Shown: positions 21,792-32,518 of the stretch, one piece after another
Numbering within the stretch: the first letter of the stretch is position 1
Layout of the letters: every line of letters starts with the position of its first letter
NCBI GenBank assembly: GCA_000091205.1
Contig: AP006499.2
DNA: 64,000 nt
Source of the DNA: Cyanidioschyzon merolae
Lineage: Eukaryota
Direction: 5' to 3' (one strand)
Made by a program: the position numbers and the translations under genes
The notes under the pieces: model-generated
Databases searched by the model: none
What the model was told of the DNA's origin: nothing
The model's input: only the letters and a program-made list of their open reading frames with translations

Positions 21792-24265
21792 CTGACGTGT
21801 AGACGCCTCCCCGTCTTTTCGGACCGGGCATCCACCACTGCTTCCAACTTCTTCTCATATAATTCCACTTTTAGAGGTTGTCCAATAAAGTTCTCTCTTG
21901 TCCAATCTGGAGGTCTTTCCTCCAGCACCGCACATTTCCTTATATGGATAGCGGCATTGAAGTCTCGGTTCACATACTCCATCCGTTTTTTGTTGCCATT
22001 GATTGTACGAACAAGCGCAAGGAGTCCACGAACGTTCGCCCTTCTTTCCATTTGCTCCCCCGTCATCGGTCCGTGCTTTGCTATTTCCTCAGGGCTCCGT
22101 TGGCACTTTTCTATCTCCACTCTCTGAAGTGTACACCCCAGTTCCTGGTGTGTATACGATGTTCGAAACTCATCTACAGGTATCGTAACAAAACGCCTTG
22201 CGCACGCCTTGTACACCCTCGTCGTTGGAGCTGGCGTAGTTCCTTTTTGGGTCATCCATCGTCCTGCCCCGTACGCTACAACCAGCCTTTGACTTTCATC
22301 CTCCTTCAGGACGCTCAACTCATTGAAAAATTCGCGAACGCCCGCTGGTTCCCACAATACAAATTCATTCGGAAACGAGCCCACCGGGGCTTGGTATACT
22401 CCTCCCACAGCGCATCCCAATGGGCAACACGAACTTCCATGAATTTCCGAAAAGCTTCAAAGTCCGCTCCACGGCTCGTCATCTCGCTCAGAGCTTCCAG
22501 GTGATCCTTCATTCCATGTCTCGACTTTCTTCCTCGCATTCATTATACCGGATTCTCGATGGTATCTTGCTCTCGAGAACCTCAAAAGACGCATGTCTTT
22601 CTGACGAAAGTTGCCCTCAGTACCATCTTCCGCACGCTTCGGTGCTGTGATGGTGATGATATTTGTGTTTCCGGGGTCCGCGCCAACAACAAAGTCGTTA
22701 TCCTGCACTTTCTGTGTCACAGGACCTGCCTTCTTGGTTTCTTCATGCTTCTCCGCGTAAACGACATGCACGTTATCCTCCACCTCCTGCGTCGCAGGAT
22801 CCACCTCCTTCTTTTCTTCATCCTTCGCCGCGTAAACGACAAGGTCGTTATCCTCCACCTCCTGCATCGCAGGACCAGCCTCCTCCCTTTCTTCATGCTT
22901 CGTCGTGTCAACGACAAGGTCGTTATCTTGCACCCTCTGCGTCGCAGGATCCGCCTCCTTCTCATCTCCATCCTTCGCCACGTCAACGACATGCACGTTA
23001 TCCTCCACCTCCTGCGTCGCAGGACCAGCCTCCTCCTTTTCTTCATCCTTCGTCACGGGCGCAGCTGAGGGAGGGACTGGCCGATCTGCCTTCAACCGCC
23101 GATAGTGTACACACAAGGCTACTCCATCGGTTTCGATCATTCCAGTGAATATCTTTTGTTTGCCGACTTTGAGCCGTTTGAAATCGAAGATATTCTTCCA
23201 GTACGTCTCCCGGTTTTCGCCGGTGAACTCTGTCCTCCTTACATCGAACTCCGGACTGATCTCCTTCATGATGCCGTAAAGGATTCTGGAATCGATGCTC
23301 ACAAAATGTGACTTGATGTTGCACATTGGAACCACGTTGAAGCGCTTCCCCATTAGGACAGCCTCCCGTCTCTCACACGCTTCATTTTTTTCCTCACTCA
23401 GCTTCGTTTCTGCCTTGCGTTCGAGCTCTCAGTCCAGAAACACGAAATATCGCAGGACGAGGCGATAGTATCTTTTCTTATCTTTTTTCATCTCTGATAT
23501 CTTGTCTGTTGGATTCACGAGCCCCAAGACTGCACGGTGCTCTTGTATAGCCGCACGGATTCCAGAAGCTTCATTCGTGAACTAGTTTGACGCTTTCTTG
23601 TCAACGATTTCGACCTCATCTTCACGCTTGCCATCTTTCGTGATGCCATTGATCATCGCCCATGTTCCTTTGCGAGATAGGCCCGGGTAGAGTGCAAACA
23701 CGGCGCGTATCATGAAACGTTCGAGGTTCACTGTCAAATGGTTCTTCAGGTTCGTGATGTACTTCATCGCCCCGTATATGTAAAAATTCGAGTCGCCCTT
23801 GTATCGAGTACCCTCGAAGCGGATTTTGGCGAAGTTTTCGTGGAGGTGCACTAGCACATTTTCCCTCCGCGTTTTCTCTCCACCAAGCATCAGGTGTCGA
23901 ATAAACGTCTTGTCGAAAAACTCGTCCGGAATCTCGACCGTTTCCATATCCGTCACGTCGCGATACATCTCCCTTGCCAAATGCATCAGTCCTGACGACG
24001 CCTTGACAACAATCTTGGAGTACGAGTCGACACGTTTTTTGATAGCGTCTCGCAACTTTTCCCTGTAGGGATCCTTGATATGTCCAAGACGAAAGGTTTT
24101 CACCACCTTCTCGTCGTACAGTCGTCTCTCGTGACGCCTTCGACGTAGGGCCTCCCCCTTTCGGTTCTTCTTCTCTCCCTGTTCTTCTGGACTCGGCACT
24201 GTTTTTTGTTTTTTTCTAGCAGCCGGCGACCATGGCCCTCCAGGATCGTGGACTTGCTTTTTCAT
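21704..24265 (-). CDS. TnpB/Fanzor-like RuvC nuclease (near-intact copy 1); ORF segments 24265-23582, 23353-22457, (22539-22315), 22420-21704 in different frames, probably joined by introns
   Basis: N-terminal basic NLS-like 'ARKKQKT...[17 protein letters not shown]'. RuvC-I '[18 protein letters not shown]' (D at about 22676-22678). Zn-ribbon-like '[35 protein letters not shown]' (HCCH). RuvC-III '[12 protein letters not shown]' (D at about 21962-21964). Confidence 0.55.
22676..23050. repeat. In-frame 75-nt x5 tandem duplication inside the Fanzor-like CDS, ending in the RuvC-I motif
   Basis: Minus-strand protein units '[25 protein letters not shown] / [25 protein letters not shown] / [25 protein letters not shown] / [25 protein letters not shown] / [25 protein letters not shown]'. 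Confidence 0.85.
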
Positions 24266-24582
24266 AACTTTCCTTTTATTAGTTTTTTTTTGAAAAAGAA
24301 CCCTCTTTGAACCCTTGTGTTATATACTGCGAAAAAACACTTGACTAGACTTGTTTGAGGTTTGAAGCAAAAACGAACTGAAAGACTGTACTTTGCCACG
24401 TCTTTAACGCAAGTACAGCTTGCACATTAGAGCAGCACGCTATTGATCAGGATCGCGTTTCCCTTCAACGGCGACAAGTGCGTCGCATCAGTTGACTGCC
24501 CGATCTCCCAGATGCGCTCAGTGAGCGCGCTGGGCGCATCGCCCCGTTAAAAACGCGCAAAGCACAGTGCCTCGACACAAGT

Positions 24583-25979
24583 CTACCCGTCGCGCACCGA
24601 GGCTAGGCGCAAGGCCGCTGGCGACGCCTTGGCTGGCCTGGTGTCGCTGCGCTCCGGAGACATCGACTCAGGTACCGAGTGTGGTGCCTGCGCAGACGCC
24701 GAGCGCCCCGTTACGAATAGAGAACGCACCGGTGAGCGTTCAAAGACCCCAGCAGACCGACAAGCATCCGCAAGTAGTCGACCGGCAGGTGTAAATACCC
24801 CAACGATCCAGCGCGTTGTTGTGGCAGCAGCAGTATCAGCGTCTCGTTCGGCTAACGTTGGTTGTAGAGACGCCAGCGGCACATACGGTTCAACACGAAT
24901 CACGCCCGTGCTTCCATACAGGTCGAACAGACCAAAGGAAGTTGTGCTAGTGTGCAGGACGTTACTAGGTCGAGTGCAGCGTCCCGCCCCGAGTTCGGTG
25001 GCGGCTCCAGCCACTCGGCCGGGAAAATACTGGCCAGCGAAAGCACTGCCTAAGCCACGAGCGCGACTGATGACCCAACGACCAAAACGCGCCTTTCTAA
25101 TAAAACGAGTTTGATCAGGCGCAACAAGTCCCGTCGAAGCCGCGTCACCAGCTGTTGGAGACTCGTGTCGCCAATGGCGTCGCGGTCCAGGCACGCTGGT
25201 AGTCGCTGCACTGGCACTGGTGTCGGTACCGGCAGTCGCTGCACTTCAGGGTCGCCCAACGCAGCCGCTTCCTCTTCATCCAGCGTCGTAACCAAGGTCC
25301 CGAAGCAGTCTACCTGCCCAAAGCTATGTTTCGCAAAGTAACTGGCAACCACCGGCTCAAGTCGACTCGCTAGAAGCGCATACAGCGGCCAACGACTCAA
25401 CAGTAGCACAGACTTTTGGACGAGACCTCGGGCTGTTGCAACAGCCTCCTCCTCAGCGCTAGCGATGCGACTGCAGTCCATCTGATGCTATCGGTAACAA
25501 GCTACACCGTACAACGTGTCGACAGTGACGCCCTGCCGAACCGTGAGGTACACCGTGTCGTGCTCGCGTCCATGCGCACCGTCGGGAAGCGCTCGCACGG
25601 CCACCTCGCGAAGCCAGTCGTTGTCAAGGTTCTGCGCTGAAGCTCCGGAGCGATCTTCTGTCTGGTTCACTTGCCAGTTCACCGACAACTCATCCGCTAA
25701 CTCAGCACACTCGACTTGGTACTCGTGCTTGGCGTGAAACCTGAACGCAAACCCGCGTTCACCGAACGGATCCGCAAAGCGCACGGCCGGTCGATCGTCG
25801 AGACGCCGCCCTCCTGCCCCATGCGATCTAGGCAGCGGGTATCGCTCTGTGCACAGAAGCGCGTTAAAACGGGTAGGCGTCGACTTCAGTGCAGCGGTGC
25901 AGCGAGGTATCCGTCTGAGTTGACTGAAAGCAGTTCGTGTCATGGAGACACGGTCGGCGGTCAGCGGGAAGGAAACCAC
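24583..25979 (-). CDS. Hypothetical protein split over three frames (25979-25488, 25481-25050, 25194-24583); possible introns; weak longin/DENN-like feel
   Basis: Consecutive minus-strand ORFs. No confident motif. Confidence 0.2.
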
Positions 25980-26094
25980 GCAGATAACACCGAGCGGCAG
26001 GGGTGCAACACGCGCACCTGAGGGCCGTCACGCGTCCGTGGGCGCTGCAGCTGCTCGTGACGCGACCCTCGTGTTCCCCGAGGCACCGAAACGC

Positions 26095-26568
26095 ATGAGC
26101 CCTATGGCAACACGTCGTCTGCATAAAGAGCTCTCGGACTGGCACCTTTCGGGGCGGACCGCGGAGAGTAACCCACAGCCGGCCATCTTTCTGGAAACCC
26201 CGGTGACGCGCCTCGACGAGTGGTTTGTCTCCCTGCGCGGCGTCGAGTCGACGCTCTACGCAGGTGAGGTCTACCGTTTACGATTTCGCTTTCCCAGTGA
26301 TTACCCCATCGAAGCACCGGAGGTGGTGTTTCTGGGAAATCCGCCGGTTCACGAACACGTGTACTCGAACGGTCATTTGTGTCTATCGATTCTCTACGAT
26401 AACTGGTCGCCAGCGCTGACTGTCAACTCGGTGGCACTCTCTATTCAAAGCATGCTGAGCAGCGCAACTCAGAAACGACGCCCGCCAGATAACGATGCAT
26501 ACGTGCGAAACTGCCGAGGCAGGTCGCCGAAGCACACGCGCTGGCTCTTCCACGACGATGGGGTTTGA
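26095..26568 (+). CDS. UBE2W: Ubiquitin-conjugating enzyme E2 (UBE2W-like)
   Basis: 'RRLHKELSDW', 'YAGEVYRLRFRFPSDYPIEAPEVVF', and the UBC active site 'HVYSNGHLCLSILYDNWSPALTV'. Confidence 0.7.
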   Translation: MSPMATRRLHKELSDWHLSGRTAESNPQPAIFLETPVTRLDEWFVSLRGVESTLYAGEVYRLRFRFPSDYPIEAPEVVFLGNPPVHEHVYSNGHLCLSILYDNWSPALTVNSVALSIQSMLSSATQKRRPPDNDAYVRNCRGRSPKHTRWLFHDDGV

Positions 26569-27284
26569 AACCGGTGCGCATCTCGCTGCTCCGAGCACAG
26601 CAGCGCGCACCATTGTCTCGACCAGGCATGCTCGAGCGGTTGCAAGCGTTCATTCGGAAGACTCGGTATCCATCGTGGATGTGTGTTCGGCGAACCCGGC
26701 TCGATGTCGCCGTCAACGCGCGACGCTCGGGCGCGCACCGCGACATCCAGCGAGCAACACCGGCGCCTATCGAACGCACCGCTCAGGAGCGTATCGTTGC
26801 CAAATCTGGATGCGGGCAGCGAATCGATACTGGGGCATCCGGGGGGCGGGCGGGAACCTGGAACCCCGAACACTGCGACAAGCCGGACATTGGTGTCGTG
26901 AGTGGCGCGGCGAGCGATATCACGCACGCGCGGGATGCTGAGAACGCTCCTGGACATTAGTGGTCAGGGATTTGGAGCTGGCTGCGTTGCTTGATCAGAT
27001 CGGTACCGTTGAACAGCGGGTACGGTGCCCGAATGATCATTGGGTAGCCTGGAACGATGTTCCCGAAGCGACGCTCTGCGACCGCAGCGCGACACGCTTT
27101 GGCACGTCCAGGGCAAGGCATCGTGTCCGGGTCGCCAGTCAATGGTGCCAGGTGCTGACCGCCCGCCGCCTGTGGTGATGTGTGCGGAGTGGCACCTGCG
27201 CCACCGCGTTGACAGCGGTGGCTACGTCAGACGCGGTTGTGGTTTGGAATCACGCGTGCACAAAATGCATCGCGTTGTAAGTGA

Positions 27285-27329
27285 CGGTGGTGGCGGCGGT
27301 GGCGGCGGTGGCGGCGGCGGCGGCGGCGG
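27285..27329. repeat. (GGY)n trinucleotide microsatellite
   Basis: 'ggtggtggcggcggtggcggcggtggcggcggcggcggcggcggt'. Confidence 0.9.
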
Positions 27330-28139
27330 TTTGAATCTATCGTAAGCATCCGCACTGAACATGCTCAGATGCTTGACGAGTGGCGTCCATGTGCCCGGTG
27401 ATTTGGGATGTAGTTTGTACCTCCATTGCCGCCTAGTCAACTGAGGTCCGTAGTTCGCAGGGATGCGATTCGCGAACGCTGACGTTGCGGATACATTCGA
27501 ACGCGATCGACCCGCGCTCATCTGCAGTTGCAGCGTTTTACGAAATGGTCCCTGGTGAGCCTCGTGCAAGCGCAGTCCGCAAATCCCGAGTTTGCGGACA
27601 CCCTGAAACATCATCGCTGCGCGTAAAACGCACCAGCTTTGCAAATAGCGCTGAGCCGTGTATCGCGTCAGGGTCTGAGCCATGTCAGCGGAAAAGGCAG
27701 GCCTGTGCGATGATGTCGGATATCGTGGATTTGCTGAGACAGTTGTCGCACAGGTACCCGCTGGCATGGAATCACGGCCGCTAGCCCCGTGCCAGATGAA
27801 AATGGAACGCTGAACTGCTCGCTCTGTTCCTGAGCTTCGTCGTTGCTTCTGAAGATTTCATAGATATACAGGATCGATTTTCGAGGTCCAGCGACAGGGG
27901 TTTACGGATTCATGCGTTGATGGAGGATCCTCGGTTGTAGCTTAGGAGTGGCCTCTTCAACGCTTTGCTCCTGAAATTCGATATGTCTCGGGAATCGAAA
28001 TGATTCCTGATGCCCTAGAACAAAGTTTCATAAAATACCCACCATCATGATAAAATTTACAAGTCGAAGCTTCGATTCGACTGCTTTCCTTACGTGTAGC
28101 ATGCTCAGATCACGCTTGCTCCAAGTTTTCGGCCTTTAT

Positions 28140-28830
28140 GATTCAGGGCCAATCGCGGGCACAGCACTGCGCGCCGCAGCATCGATGACCACGAAAAAAT
28201 ACATCGATCTCCTCTCTTGACGGCTTGTCCGGGTGCTCATGCAGAGAGTTCACTGAATCCGCCGGGGGTAAATACCGGATACCATTCGAAAAGAAAATTC
28301 GTTTGTCTTTGTGACGATCGATTGTACGGGATTCGAAAGAGACAGCACGATACTTCTGACGGGATATGCTCCAAAGGGTCACCGTCTCTGCTGGAGCTGT
28401 TGTGAGAGGTCTTACGCTCGGAGTTCGTTCATCGTCGAGATCGCTTCCAGTGGCGATTCCGTCATCGTTTTCCACATAGGGAGCGTAGACGAATCGGGAT
28501 TTCTCGACTTTATTCTCCAGCCGAGAAATTTATCCTTACAGTACTTGCTTCATCATGGACAAGATCGCGTTCCAGAAATTCTCTATCGAATGCGACAGCC
28601 TGCGCTTGGGCGCGCAGCGTACTCGCCAAGGGCTTCGCCCGGAAGATGCCCCCGGTTATAGGGTATTGCGCCAGGTGCGGACGCTGAGGCATGCAGCGGG
28701 TGAGCCTTCTGTTCCTGGCAAAGGCATGCACACAGCACTGAAGCAAGCGTCAACACAGGGCAGTGCTCTGACAAGGAGGATGGAGTGTAGTGTGCATACG
28801 GGAACGCCTAACCAAAGCCATGTGTCATCG
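28140..28830 (-). pseudogene. Degenerate fragment of TnpB/Fanzor-like gene (copy B; N-terminal ~230 aa equivalent, intron-less at the copy-1 intron site)
   Basis: 28510-28746(-) '...FLERDLVHDEASTVRINFSAGE' aligns with copy-1 '...[18 protein letters not shown]'. 28143-28475(-) 'IDRHKDKRIFFSNGIRYLPP...SREEIDVFFRGH' aligns with copy-1 'IVDKK|[12 protein letters not shown]...[11 protein letters not shown]'. B reads straight through where copy 1 has the 228-nt gap at 23354-23581. Confidence 0.4.
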
Positions 28831-29716
28831 TTTCGATTGGCGCACCCAGGCTCTGTACAACGACAATGAACATGGCAAGCGAAGCGCAGATCGGTACCTT
28901 TCCCTGTTCATGAACTACGTTGACAGCAGACGGAAGCTGCGAATTCGGAAGTTGAACGCTGCAGGCAACATCCCTTGAATGCTGATAGCGGCGCTTGAGC
29001 GACAAACGAGACTAGTGTGCTTTAAGACGGAGGCGAGCGAGGAAATGAAAGCAGACTTGGCGGGAAAAAGCCCGCAATGGCTGGTGTTGGTGACACTTGG
29101 ACGAGGCCCGAGCGCCCACATGTAAGCCGGAGCTGGTGCTCACATTCCATTCTGTTCTGGCATCGGCACAGCCGCGACCAATACGTTCCGTTTAATCGTC
29201 GAGTCCCATGTAGTGCATGCCTTCTCGCCAAAACGATTCGTCGTGACGCAACGCCATGCTGCAGGATGGATCATGCGTAATCGAGCACATCCTGGTGCCA
29301 TACAGCCGCGTCATTTCCATAGATTCGACGACGCGGTATCGCCATAGCGACACTACGGCAGTCGGCTGCACGATGTACACGGGAGGCGCCGCGTTCGCAT
29401 CGCCCATCCGTCGAATGCCGCTCACCCCGCAAAATCGTGCGTTTCCAGACGCTCACAGCAAGTAGGACGCGGTCATGTATGGCCATGTGTCAAGCCACGT
29501 GAATCGGAAGCAGGAACTGTGCCACTACACGATTCGAAGCCGAATCCTTGCATGGGGATAAAGACTGCGCCTCGCCTTTAGCTCCAAAAGTGTGGCGTTC
29601 GGTCTGTTCGGCCGCCGTCTCTACTTGCATCTCTGGCGGATGCTCGAATGCACCAGCGAAATTTGACGTAGCTGCCTAGTCTTCAGATAAACGCTCCTGC
29701 AGCGTGCATCTTGCGC

Positions 29717-31336
29717 TTACAGGGTCGGTGCCTGCCGCGATGCTCCGGCCGCAGCCTCGCATCCGAGGCGTGACAACCCACGCTGTGACATGGTTCGTAC
29801 GCACGCGCACATTTCATCCTCCATTTTGTTCTCCTGTACGATTCTAGAGGCCGTCTGTAAAATCTTTTCTTTTGGCAGACTACGGAAAGGTCGAAGTTCG
29901 AAACCAATTCGCTTCGCCTGGACCTGCTCCAGCGCAGTGTCCAGCTCGGAAGGCCACTCGTACGCAGTGTTGTCACCCGTTGTCTGGTCCGCACTGACGC
30001 TTTCCATGCATTTCGCATTCGTATTCGTTTCCGCGGTAGGCAGTGGCGCGGTTCGTTGAGGGCTCGGTCCCGGATGGTAGTGCATCCGAATCTCGGCACG
30101 GAATAGATCTCGCAATCGCTCAGCGTCCAGGCGAGTGTTCTCGAAACCAAAGTCGCCCGCATCCCAGACTGGGACTGTATACGAAGGCGCTCGACCGCCA
30201 TCAACATCATCAAAATATGGATGAGAGAGCGCCTCGGCGGCCGTCAGCCGCAACCGTGGGTTCACGCACAGCATCTGACGCAAAAGATCGACGGCATGCG
30301 GCTCCGCTGTTGGGAACAGGCTCCCCAGATCCACCGGAGGTCGCTCAGGCATACGACGCAGATACTCACGCACCTGAGGAGAACGAAACTCTCGAACAGA
30401 ATGCGCATCCGGTTTGCCAAGCAATCGAGTGATGAGGTCCAGTTGATCCAGTCCGTCTTTGCCGATAAAGAGCGGTCGGCCGCCAGAGAGCATCTCCGCA
30501 AAGATGCACCCAGCCGACCAAATGTCAATTGCAGTACTATAATGGGTGTAGTTGCATAGAAGAAGCTCTGGCGCTCGATACCAGCGTGTTTCCACATAGC
30601 CCGTCCATAGAACGAGATTCTCGGGCTCTCGCAGCTTCGCAGCGCGCGCCAGCCCAAAGTCGCAGATACACAGGCGCACGGTATTCGGCATATTCGTGAC
30701 CAGCAGATTATCCGGCTTCAAATCTCGGTGATATATACCCGCTGCGTGCATGTATTGTAAGCCGCACAACAGGTCGTAAAGCAGCTTCTTGACTAGTCTA
30801 TTGCGATATGCCGTCGTCAACTGCGAGTTGGTGTACAGGATCGCATTCGCGCGCCGCAGTGTCGCCGGCAGATACTCAAGAATAATGAACACGTCATCGA
30901 AGCGCAGCGTGTCCCTGGGCATCAATACATCCAAAATCTGAACGATATTCGGGTGGCCGCGCAACAGACGCAACAACTTGAGTTCCCGGAGTACGCGAAT
31001 CGCCTCGGGTGGGTGCTCAAACACGTTGCGAATGTGCTTGATGGCTACATCTCGGCCGCTGAGCGTATCTCGGGCCCGATAGACCTCACCATAGGCACCG
31101 CGGCCCACGAGGCACTGGAACGTATACCGCTGGGAGGAAAGAGCTGCAACGCCAAGCGCTGCCGCGTTCGGTACGGTTGTTGTTTCGGTTCGAGCACCTT
31201 GCGGCGGTGGCGTTCGCTGCTGCGACATCCGCTTGTCCACTGTATTCGTCAAAGAATATCGTCTAGAGATAGGTGCTGGCTTCCAGAGCCCAGGATCCGG
31301 TGAACGCTTCTCGTTGTTCGTGCAGCGATCGTCCAC
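29717..31336 (-). CDS. Mitogen-activated protein kinase (TGY activation-loop type)
   Basis: 'GRGAYGEVYRARD', 'VAIKHI', 'HRDLKPDNLLV', 'DFGLARA', activation loop 'WTGYVETRWYRAPELLL', and a CD-domain-like C-terminal region. Confidence 0.75.
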   Translation of the reverse strand: MDDRCTNNEKRSPDPGLWKPAPISRRYSLTNTVDKRMSQQRTPPPQGARTETTTVPNAAALGVAALSSQRYTFQCLVGRGAYGEVYRARDTLSGRDVAIKHIRNVFEHPPEAIRVLRELKLLRLLRGHPNIVQILDVLMPRDTLRFDDVFIILEYLPATLRRANAILYTNSQLTTAYRNRLVKKLLYDLLCGLQYMHAAGIYHRDLKPDNLLVTNMPNTVRLCICDFGLARAAKLREPENLVLWTGYVETRWYRAPELLLCNYTHYSTAIDIWSAGCIFAEMLSGGRPLFIGKDGLDQLDLITRLLGKPDAHSVREFRSPQVREYLRRMPERPPVDLGSLFPTAEPHAVDLLRQMLCVNPRLRLTAAEALSHPYFDDVDGGRAPSYTVPVWDAGDFGFENTRLDAERLRDLFRAEIRMHYHPGPSPQRTAPLPTAETNTNAKCMESVSADQTTGDNTAYEWPSELDTALEQVQAKRIGFELRPFRSLPKEKILQTASRIVQENKMEDEMCACVRTMSQRGLSRLGCEAAAGASRQAPTL

Positions 31337-32518
31337 TGTGCCCCAGGTACCTCGAAGGCACGAGTCAGTTCAAGGCATGCAATCGATAGTTCAGAATTGT
31401 TCGAACTAGAGATTTGCACTCTTCCTTGGTCTTTTCTCAAAAACAGTATGAAGAGAATCTGCTGCCAAACTCGCCTGGAGCTGGATTCGAGCTAGGTCAG
31501 CATATGCCGTACCGGGGCGAGGTCTGGGGCCCGTTTGAGCCTGCCCACTCGCTGGACAGCACTTGCCAACGAGATGCACTGACACGCCCTACGCTGCTTA
31601 TCAGTTCAGCTCAGGAAATGCGGTTTTGCTGCGAACGCCCCCTGGGCCGTGGCGCAAGTCCACAGGCTGTATGAAGCCACCGGTAACGCTCGTCGTCGCG
31701 CCGGCTGGTGCGCGCATCCCGCACAGCCTCGAGCGACCGTGCGCAAGCGCACAGCGTTGCTGTTCATCGGTCGCTGGAGCGCAACAACAGCGACGGCATC
31801 GACAACGACAACGGCGAGATATACACGGCATTGCTTGTGTTGTGGGCATTTGCGGGATGCTCGAAACTCGGCGTATTGCTGAATCGATAGAGTCTCTACT
31901 TCCGAGAAATACACCGCCCTGCGAACGGAGGTATGCAGGTTTGTTCCGAGATGGACTGCTCCTCCTCTCTGGTCTCCGATAGCATCCGCGCATCGCGAGC
32001 TTAACTCGTTGGATTCATCAATCTTATCCGATGCAACGAGTCGAGCGCCCACGCAAGCGTCTGGGGTAGGCTAAACCCGCCACCGGATAGACTGCTGGAC
32101 ATAGATGAAGCGCGCACTAGCGGCGGGACACCGTCCTGACCTTGATGGAAAGTTAGCGTCGCTGTTGACGAGCTGAGACTCCATCCAGAGTCACCCAGTC
32201 TTTTCGTTGTGCAGCAGAACGGTTTCCATGGACCCCAGATACCCGATTGCGCGAGATGCGTACGGGCATGCAAACGGCACGCGATGCCGCAGCTGTGTAC
32301 AGATTTGTGTATTTGTGTACAGCGTGATGTGGATGCGTGCACGCGTGCATCCATCTCGCGGAACAGTCGATCGAGGCGGGACGCATCCAATAGGGACAAT
32401 CATTGACAAGTTGTTCACGATCCTGCTGGTGTACCCAATGCTGCAGGGGAGCAATTCGGGATCGAGTCGTGTACGTTGTGCCTCGAACCTGGCTACCTGA
32501 CTGTGCACCTGTGCTGCT

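Larger units (their letters stand above)
17450..24420. mobile_element. AT-richer island holding two tandem, same-orientation TnpB/Fanzor-like gene copies that flank a GC-rich membrane-protein gene
   Basis: Base composition drops at about 17450 and recovers at about 24420. Contains copy 1 (21704-24265) and degenerate copy 2 (about 17830-20560). No terminal inverted repeats identified by eye. Confidence 0.35.

Noticed and set aside
26957-27142. 61-aa minus-strand ORF that looked like a possible small conserved subunit
   Set aside because: No known small protein (Sec61 gamma, RPB12, TFB5, PHF5A, OST4) could be matched.
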